Source: Myxococcales bacterium
GTDB taxonomy: Bacteria; Myxococcota; Myxococcia; Myxococcales; UBA5297
DNA length: 64,000 nt
Reading direction: 5' to 3'
NCBI GenBank assembly: GCA_031552145.1
Contig: JAVBMV010000007.1
Location: 226,486 to 290,485 of the forward strand
Positions 18,401 to 23,957 of this stretch are shown here, one piece after another. The notes beneath the pieces were generated by a model. It saw nothing but the letters and a program-made list of their open reading frames with translations. It searched no databases and was not told the origin of the DNA. Both the position numbers and the translations under genes were made by a program. Each line of letters begins with the position of its first letter. The first letter of the stretch is position 1.

Positions 18401-20541
18401 GTGGGGCCGCAGCTGTCGCCCGCGGGCGCGGCGCCTCGCTCCGGTAGCTCCACTTCCAGGTTGAAGTACCCCGAGCGTTCGCCGCCCAGCTCGTCGTTGG
18501 CGCTATCGACGACGAGGAAGTAGGTGCCGGGCGCCAGCCCGAAATAGCCACCCGTGATTGGCGCGGCTTCCTCTCCACGCACGCACTTGGTCGTTCGTGC
18601 ACAAAAGAGCGTGGAGTCGATATCGTCGCAGGCAGTGCGCAGTGAGATGATTGGGCAATAGTTTGAAAGAACGCTCGGCGCAAGGCTGTAGCGGACGGTC
18701 CTGTCTCGCCCCTCGGGCACGACGAAGGAGTAGACCAAGTCGCGCCCGTTAGCCGAGGCGCAGGGCGAGGAGAAGGCGTCGGTTGCCCCCGCGGTAGTGC
18801 CGCTCTTGAAGGCCGTGGGGGTGAGGCTGGTAGGAGGCGAGGTGAGGAACTCCAGCGGGGCCATCGAGCTATTGCAGATGTCGTTGTAGATGGGCGCGCC
18901 GAAGGAGACCTCGAGCGCGAAGTCGCCGCCACCGAGGGTGCCGCCCACACGAAGCATGATCGCTTCACCGGCCGAGAGAAGCGGAACGAAGAGTTCCGCC
19001 GCGATGGGCTGGTTGGGAGTTCGTCCCTCGATGTAGCCCGCCTTAGGGCCCACATCGCAGAGCCGCTCCTCGCCTGCCTCGTTCAATAATGCAAGTCCGG
19101 GAAACCATGGGTTGGCCCAGTAGAAGTCGGAATAGTTCCTTGGCGCCTTGGGGATGAGAGAGGCATGTATGCTGACGTCGGCTTCGAGCGAGAAGGGGAA
19201 GAAGACGTCGCTGCTGGTGAGCGCGCAAGCGCCAGGATTGGATCGCGGTTCGACACTGGCAAGCGCCGTGGAGCCTTCGATGTTGAGCAGCGACTCGCCC
19301 GCTACTACCGTGGGCTGCAGCTCATAGGTCTGCTCGAGGGAATCGTTCTCGGGAGAGGGCTGTTCCTCGGCGGTGATTGTAACCCGCATCTTTCCGGTGC
19401 CGAAGCCGCTTGCGGGGTGGCCCTGCCCAATCCAGAGGTAGACGGTGCCGGGGCCGACGCCGGCGGCGCGCAGCTTGATCGGGTTGCTGTTGGTGAAGGC
19501 AGAACAGGCGAGCTCCAGATCGTGCGTCAGCGAGTGGTCGAGACACTCGGAGGTGAGATGCAGGTAGGGGATGACGCCGCTCTCGGGGAAGCCCTCTACT
19601 ACGAGCCGGCTCGGCCGCTCCAGCGCGATGGCGTAGACGACGTCATTGTTGTAGCTCTGCAGGCAGGAACCCTGTCTGTTCTTGGTCGCGCCCCGCGTGT
19701 CGACCTCGAACTCCACATATCCCTCGATCAACGTGAGTGGCTCGGCCTCGCCGCAACCGTCGTTGCCGGGAGCCGCGGTCGTGGGTTGGCAGGCGTGGTT
19801 GACGCACCGGCTCGTGCCCTCACAGGAGGTGCCGAGCAGCGCGGCGCAATCGACCTTTCGCGGCGCTCCGCAGTTGTCGAGCCCCTGGTATGGATAGGTG
19901 CCGCACTCCTTGCCATTGCGTTGGCAGAAGAGCGTGTCCGACTCGGGCGGGCAGACACAGGTGTTGTCGATGCAGTCGTTATTCGGAGCGGTGCAAGTGT
20001 CGGGACAGGCGACGTCGCGTTCGGTGCCGCAGGCGTCGGTCGTCAGAAGCCGGCCACACGCGACACTGAAGGCCGTGCAGAGCGCCGAGTCGGCAGGTGG
20101 CTTGCAGCAGGATCCCTTGCCCGCTCCCGCGGTGCAGAGCTCCGCGCTGTCGCAGGTGTTGGGGCAGTCGTAGGTGCGTTGGTCGCCGCACAGGTTCTGC
20201 CCGCTGTATTTGCCGCAGATTACGCCGTGCCGTTCACAGAACTCCTCGCGCGACTCCTCTTCGCATTTGGAGACGCACTGCTGCTCCGCGTCGCACTCTT
20301 CGTTTGCGCCGCAAGGACCGCATTCCCCGTCGCAGCCATCGTCGCCGCATTCTTTCCCCGCACAGTCGGGGATGCATTCGGGGCCCGTGTCCGCGTCGGC
20401 TCCCACATCAGTGTCGCCCTTGAGGCCCACATCGCCCGTGTCGGAAGGGGGGAAGGGGTCGCTGGGGCTTGCGGGGCCGCAGCTGCTGGCGCCGAGCGCG
20501 CAGGTCAGGAGTGCTGCTATCGAGATAAGGGTCGTACGCAT
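12472..20541 (-). CDS. Giant lipoprotein: ~256-aa Cys-rich head plus 17 tandem four-Cys PPC-like modules (2689 aa)
   Basis: ATG at 20541 is preceded by AAGGAGAAGCG. Lipoprotein signal MRTTLISIAALLTCALGASSCGP. The head contains CGDDGCDGECGPC and 3 x FCxRxGxxCG...CG...DC units. Then 17 modules with the same skeleton as gene 1-5945, e.g. DLVYKI...PALYLRSDGQC...ELACS...GGNYFLIVDGSSNSAGSFSLDLSL. The track start at 20586 adds 15 implausible residues. Confidence 0.9.
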   Translation of the reverse strand: MRTTLISIAALLTCALGASSCGPASPSDPFPPSDTGDVGLKGDTDVGADADTGPECIPDCAGKECGDDGCDGECGPCGANEECDAEQQCVSKCEEESREEFCERHGVICGKYSGQNLCGDQRTYDCPNTCDSAELCTAGAGKGSCCKPPADSALCTAFSVACGRLLTTDACGTERDVACPDTCTAPNNDCIDNTCVCPPESDTLFCQRNGKECGTYPYQGLDNCGAPRKVDCAALLGTSCEGTSRCVNHACQPTTAAPGNDGCGEAEPLTLIEGYVEFEVDTRGATKNRQGSCLQSYNNDVVYAIALERPSRLVVEGFPESGVIPYLHLTSECLDHSLTHDLELACSAFTNSNPIKLRAAGVGPGTVYLWIGQGHPASGFGTGKMRVTITAEEQPSPENDSLEQTYELQPTVVAGESLLNIEGSTALASVEPRSNPGACALTSSDVFFPFSLEADVSIHASLIPKAPRNYSDFYWANPWFPGLALLNEAGEERLCDVGPKAGYIEGRTPNQPIAAELFVPLLSAGEAIMLRVGGTLGGGDFALEVSFGAPIYNDICNSSMAPLEFLTSPPTSLTPTAFKSGTTAGATDAFSSPCASANGRDLVYSFVVPEGRDRTVRYSLAPSVLSNYCPIISLRTACDDIDSTLFCARTTKCVRGEEAAPITGGYFGLAPGTYFLVVDSANDELGGERSGYFNLEVELPERGAAPAGDSCGPTTSIALTFDPEGLASESGTNVDARNDLSPSCLPNSGGEVSFHFSVNEPSSFVARVDAAEPSSGYRPALYLVPECAPGTGATACAPNTARRAYTILHAPELAAGSSWYLVVDGADRSEGAFMLQAALLPRADNGTCSTVREVTFSPTELIYTAISDTSFGSASLGSASCGAGSSGRELLWKLNLPNDATYNLKATVTPRPGSALIPTLSLRRNCEEQGSELTCASLDGGKAEASAARRAPGSSWILVVDSAAGSEGLFDLEIALELSGIDWNDLCEDAADLALGDNAIASTANATHDSVAGCRADSTGAELVYLVDLGSAVKTLTITLTPQEAKYVPILYVRSGCGALAEERACRVGGVSSPLVLTLPNVTGKNYLFVDSLEEKEGKFELKVEGVDAGIAPANDTCSTPQSLSLAAPSFRAQVLNATTANARADYRGTCGKVDAPLDGPDLVYKIAVGEPGRLTIRAHTNDVAYSPALYLRSDGQCASLDTHAELACSAESATPGMVTLDAFMAGGNYFLIVDGSSNSAGSFSLDLSLTPLASRLPDSCAAAEPISLPIAPGLLTIPGDTTFAANTLASLKLAKGNGGNLIYRFEVQGSPKHLTATAAFSSFDGEALLYLRKGTCEDALPEEELMASASERGGPVTLQGNLTPAIYYLIVDSVSPLRGAFELRIESDEAPPPQTNATCASATQVLREGAAGTPSIIGSQHLTGSTFGLVGTQSSSTKPTPGGEAIYSVVVPAGKRYTLSTQLTNQSMKPGLALALYLRKSCDSGAAADELAFAEVAAGATKRASISSLIEGTYFIIVDGLSAEGDVYALEVALATGTNMSCAEAEATPLTLTDGKLSFFGFNDASAQNTLASLDACNTSALQRSLPGVENIYKLSIPELPMPADLLITATIDGSTSGAAIILRRTTCTTTAGELCSRVTTGAKAMLRTTLQSPGDYYLWLDSMSATVRTRFDIAVELLPVGGSCEAPIKIELHEDQATLMGDTAIEVDHGHTGCKAASGSDIVYALELDPERLALSAATIELSVQADTSTAMFPVLSLSTDISANCFSEARDPRCALPGTRALPAVLVYQVPMRGQSQYRVIVDSYTPTQSGAFTLHASVRYGAASGDLCPGIPISGLDMSGTNVLRGTLRGASANYQGSCAATNGRDIVYAFTIPAIAGARSLTATMEAMESALLPSLTLRAGSCDSATWADERGCSAPAGGRATLSLHSLAPGNYWLIAGSTTTPPDAKSALFALTLTFDAPTVGIPDLCDPGAEPIAIDSSGRRTLHLPGIELGTHQQEGSCYATKGPDLAFPVMVPANYRLTATLTPEEPPFSSSFAPTLYIRNDCTASPSGELACLNSARRGQPLTLSATRATSGLLYVIVDSEEVGAVGPFQLELSLAPAPRYAANDTCLSPFPDAGKVTFSNGSAVVSGLIDEGSNSSAAPCAVAKGPDRVYELDFATPQHLRVSAVASGFRPVLYLLKRCDEPSSSPSFGCVAPTSANTAALDIHLVPAGKWYLWIDSHAANDTGAYWLDFSLSAPDAFAYAANDDCTLPEKLEFSGTGPFTATTTGDLRFARNDSSRLSVGTSTHQYVWGADLVYSLEIKDGPKSLEASLSEIEANFVSPVLYLRAACTEGDVIGRKGVATGTGKLSHQYLPVGTYFLWVDSVSTAAFGSFRLNVTLTTVAETAKPMNYTCDNLGALDWIAPTPPSTTSTVTLTRNITQATSESFAGGHCLASMAMAEDLYKLELTGTTTLTLKKSSGTAYAYIRTACTDTSRDAEVYCNPNLPTTATSLTLPPGTYFLFIEGGISATAAMAYGVELTKTPAADGSVPPNQTCGDAIALELNRPVMGSTSDAHSTFSKTRSGFQTAPDSLINGCAAYNAGYTATSNGNGPDLVYSYTPKTSALFTVVIDNSRVSTYWAGFVSVNSSCNDANSCVGATLTSNTSAKSVTISPAIPNHTYFIIVDADSSKGQFELYVTTP

Positions 20542-20801
20542 CGCTTCTCCTTGCGAGAGAACACATTTGCCCACCGTGTCGCACACTTGTGGCTATCACA
20601 GGCGCAGGAAGGAGAGAAGCGTGGGGGAACGGTGCCGAGAAGAGATGCCAAATCATTGCCCGCGGCGGCGCCAAGCTCCAATTCGCGGATTGAGCGTTGA
20701 GGCGGAAGCCATATTCCAATGACGATTGCCCTGTCTGCGAAAATCCCCTAACATCCCTCGTTTCACATGCTGTGAGGATGCTGGATAGAGCGGGAGTGAA
20801 C

Positions 20802-22487
20802 ATGTCAAAGAGCATCTCTCCATTCGCTGCCGGGCTTGGCCTGGCGATATTGGTCGGGCTTTCGGGCTGCTCCGACGGCGGAGATTCCTCATCCAAGAAG
20901 GTCTGTGCGTCGCCCAAGGTGATCGCGGCCGATGGGAAATGCGTGGCCGATGCCTGCGCCAGCAAGGGTGCCAACTGCCAGGAATGCCAGGTGCGGTCCG
21001 AGGGAAGCTACGTCTGCGGCAGTTGCCTGGATGGGTTCTCGGGCGCGCACTGCTTGGAGTGTGCCGCTGGCAAGGTGGTGGCGGCCGATGGCAAGTGCGT
21101 CGCCGACGCCTGCGCCAGCAAGGGCGCCAACTGCCGGGAATGCCAGGTGCAGTCCGAGGGCAGCTACGCCTGCGGCAGTTGCCTGGATGGGTTCTCGGGC
21201 GCGCACTGCCTGGAGTGTGCCACTGGCAAGGTGGTGGCGGTCGATGGCAAGTGCGTCGCCGACGCCTGCGCCAGCGCCCTGCATTGTGAGGGCTGCGAGG
21301 TGCTCTCTGCGGAAGCCTTTGGCTGCACCTCCTGCACGGACGGTTGGGAGGGAAGTGCGTGTATGAGCTGCCCCTCGCCCAAGGCGGAGCAGCCCAATGG
21401 CGACTGCGCACAAACGCACATTGTTTCCCCTCAAATGACGGGAAATGGCGCGCCCGGGTCGAGTATCGCCTGTGTGCCGAGCCCCGCCTATCACGGGGAT
21501 GAGGTCATCTGCACCGTGACCCTGGCCGCCACCGCGCGCGTGGTGGCGGTGGCGTGCGATCCCGTGAACAGCGGCTGCTCGGAGTGGACGGAAGGTAACG
21601 TGGTGGTGACGTTGCAGAACATTATCGAGGACACGACCCTCAGCGTCGAGATCGTCAGGCCGCTCACTCAGGCAGAGAAGGAGGGGGTGCGGTGGTCTTT
21701 TCCCCTTCCCCCGAACTCGGAGCGCTTCGAGCTGCGCGATTCGGACACGACCGTATATGACAAACGGACGGGTCTGAAATGGCAGCGCGAAGCGGCGGCC
21801 AACGCGATGGACCAGGCGAGCGCCGCCGCGCACTGCGAATCAAATGAACAATCGCTGCCTGGCGAGGGGTGGCGGCTGCCAATGTTGGCCGAGCTGGAGT
21901 CGATTATAGATGATTCGGTACACAACCCGGGCATCGACACGACCTTCTTCATCGCGACAGCCAACCCCTATTGGAGTTCTTCTTCCCACGCGAGCGTGAG
22001 CGGTAGGGCATGGATGGTCCATTTCTACAGCGGCAGCACGCACCATGAGCCCGCTACGGAGGAATACCGAGTGCGCTGTGTGCAAGCGACGTCGGCGGAA
22101 GAGGTCGCGATGGCGCCGTTCACCGCCTCTTCAGACGGGACGGTCTCGGACCCCGAGACAGGCTTGATCTGGCAGGGTGGCGAGAATGGTGATCTGATGA
22201 TCTGGGAGGACGCAGTGGCGTTTTGCGCCGGCACGGCGCACGCGCTCCCTGGTGCGGGCTGGCGTCTGCCGACCCGGGCGGAGCTGCTCTCGCTCAGGGA
22301 CATCACCCTATCCAACCCGGCGATGCGCACCGACGTGTTTGGCGGCGCCAAGGGCGAAGATTACTGGAGCTCCTCGCCGGGGGCCGCCAACCCCGCACAG
22401 GCTTGGTATGTCAACTTCAACAGCTCCGACACGAGCGTCAGCCCCAAGACGATGGAGTATCGGGTCCGCTGCGTGCGCCAGGAGTAA
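20802..22487 (+). CDS. Lipoprotein with three EGF/laminin-like Cys repeats and two DUF1566 (Lcl C-terminal-like) domains
   Basis: GGGAG is 6 nt upstream of ATG 20802. Lipobox LVGLSGCSDGG. 3 x KCVADACAS..C.EC.V...G.Y.CGSCLDGFSGAHCLEC. Two DUF1566-like units: LKWQRE...GWRLPMLAELESI...YWSSS...AWMVHFYSGS...YRVRCVQ and LIWQGG...GWRLPTRAELLSL...YWSSS...AWYVNFNSS...YRVRCVRQ. Confidence 0.85.
   Translation: MSKSISPFAAGLGLAILVGLSGCSDGGDSSSKKVCASPKVIAADGKCVADACASKGANCQECQVRSEGSYVCGSCLDGFSGAHCLECAAGKVVAADGKCVADACASKGANCRECQVQSEGSYACGSCLDGFSGAHCLECATGKVVAVDGKCVADACASALHCEGCEVLSAEAFGCTSCTDGWEGSACMSCPSPKAEQPNGDCAQTHIVSPQMTGNGAPGSSIACVPSPAYHGDEVICTVTLAATARVVAVACDPVNSGCSEWTEGNVVVTLQNIIEDTTLSVEIVRPLTQAEKEGVRWSFPLPPNSERFELRDSDTTVYDKRTGLKWQREAAANAMDQASAAAHCESNEQSLPGEGWRLPMLAELESIIDDSVHNPGIDTTFFIATANPYWSSSSHASVSGRAWMVHFYSGSTHHEPATEEYRVRCVQATSAEEVAMAPFTASSDGTVSDPETGLIWQGGENGDLMIWEDAVAFCAGTAHALPGAGWRLPTRAELLSLRDITLSNPAMRTDVFGGAKGEDYWSSSPGAANPAQAWYVNFNSSDTSVSPKTMEYRVRCVRQE
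20925..21236 (+). repeat. Two near-identical 156-bp (52-codon) tandem repeats inside the DUF1566 lipoprotein gene; a third, diverged unit follows from 21237
   Basis: GCGGCCGATGG starts units at 20925 and 21081; GCGGTCGATGG starts the third at 21237 (period exactly 156). Units 1 and 2 differ at only a few mostly synonymous positions by eye. Confidence 0.8.
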
Positions 22488-22506
22488 CCGATCCGCCGAG
22501 GTGCAT

Positions 22507-22654
22507 GTAGGGCGCTGCTTGCTGCGCCCTTGGTCGTTGTGTCGCCATGTTTCGGACATCGACGTGCATGTAGGGGCGACCGGCGGTCGCCCCCAACGGT
22601 GCCCGAGACGCGCCTGATCTTTTGACGTGCGAGGGCGCGGCAAGCAGCGCCCCT
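22507..22654. repeat. Cluster of three GC-rich hairpins in a convergent intergenic region (bidirectional terminator / REP-like)
   Basis: Hairpin 22509-22530 (AGGGCGC...GCGCCCT). Hairpin 22573-22593 (GGGGCGACC-GGC-GGTCGCCCC, 9-bp stem). Hairpin 22632-22654 (AGGGCGCGGCAAGCAGCGCCCCT). GTGCATGTAGGG is repeated at 22501 and 22564. Confidence 0.7.
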
Positions 22655-22712
22655 ACGACCGTCATTGCATCGACCTGCGGGCGGCGGTGCCTCTCTGGAA
22701 CAGAGAGCCCCT

Positions 22713-23918
22713 TTAGCGCTGCACTTGGCCGATCTCCCAGAGCATCTTCTGGAACCACTCCTGCTTCACGTCGAAGTGCTTGCCGCCCTTCACGCGCTCG
22801 AACTCGATCGCTCGCAGGAGGCCTCCACGCTCTTCGTCGTGTCCCACCAGCCCCGCCTCGCCGCGCAGAGCGCAGTCGACGGCGTAGTCGGTGCAGCTCT
22901 TGATGAGGCGCAGGTCGTCGGCGTTGGGGGCGGCGCTACGGCAGAAATAGCCACCCTTCTGCACCAGCGTCTTCTCGGCCTTCACCGCCTTGGCGAAGGA
23001 GTCGCCGAACCACTTGCCGGGGTTGACGAAGTCGAGCTTCACATGGCCAAAGGCGTCGCGCTCTACCTTCTGGCCCACCGCTTCCAGCTTCGCGACGATG
23101 CCGTCGATGCCCGCACCCTCGGCCAGGAAGATGTTGACGCAGTCCTTCTCGTCCAGCCGCTTCGTGAGACGCTTCGCCTCGGCGTCGAAGTCGATCTCCA
23201 GCTCGGGGAGGTAGACGGCGTCGATGTCGAGGTGCTCGCGCCTGAAGTTGAAGCCGGGCACGAACTCCATCCGGTCGACCATCTTGCGCCACTCATAGGC
23301 CGAGGCGGCGGTGAGCCAGCCGCAGTGGCGCCCCATCACCTCGTGGATGATGAGCATGCGCGGGTTACAGCTCTGCTCGTTGACGACGTGGCTGAAGAAG
23401 CGCGCCGTCTCCTCCGCCGCGGTCCAAGCGCCCAGGCTCTGCTTGATGGGGATGATGTCGTTGTCGATCGTCTTGGGCAGACCGACCACGGTGAGGCCAT
23501 AGCCCCCCTTCTTCAAGAAGGCGGCGAGGTCGGCGGCGGTGGTGTTGGTGTCGTCGCCGCCGATGGTGTGGAGCACGGTGATGCCGTCGCGCGTCAGCTG
23601 GCGCGCGGCCACCTCGAGCGGATTCTCCCCCTCCTTCACGAGGCCCCGCTTCAGGCAGTCCTTCACATTGGTCAGCTTCACGCGGCTGTTGCCGATGGGC
23701 GTCCCGCCGTGCTTGTGCAGGCGCGGCGCCTGGGCTCGCACCTCGGCCGTCACCTGCACGCTCTTGCCCTGCAGCAGCCCCATGTAGCCGTTGAGGTAAC
23801 CGATGATCTCGACCTCTGGGGCCAGCTCGGTGTAGCGCTCGATGAGTCCGCCGACAGCCGAGGAGAGGCAGGGCGCGATGCCGCCCGCCGTGAGGAGTGC
23901 CACCTTCTGCTTTGCCAT
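22713..23918 (-). CDS. pfp: Pyrophosphate-dependent 6-phosphofructokinase
   Basis: MAKQKVALLTAGGIAPCLS; TIGGDDTNT (the GGDD Asp is typical of PPi-PFKs rather than the GGDG of ATP-PFKs); PKTIDNDI; MGRHCGW. Confidence 0.9.
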   Translation of the reverse strand: MAKQKVALLTAGGIAPCLSSAVGGLIERYTELAPEVEIIGYLNGYMGLLQGKSVQVTAEVRAQAPRLHKHGGTPIGNSRVKLTNVKDCLKRGLVKEGENPLEVAARQLTRDGITVLHTIGGDDTNTTAADLAAFLKKGGYGLTVVGLPKTIDNDIIPIKQSLGAWTAAEETARFFSHVVNEQSCNPRMLIIHEVMGRHCGWLTAASAYEWRKMVDRMEFVPGFNFRREHLDIDAVYLPELEIDFDAEAKRLTKRLDEKDCVNIFLAEGAGIDGIVAKLEAVGQKVERDAFGHVKLDFVNPGKWFGDSFAKAVKAEKTLVQKGGYFCRSAAPNADDLRLIKSCTDYAVDCALRGEAGLVGHDEERGGLLRAIEFERVKGGKHFDVKQEWFQKMLWEIGQVQR

Positions 23919-23957
23919 AACCCTTCCTCCGGGTGAGTGTGGTGTGAGCGCCGCGGC

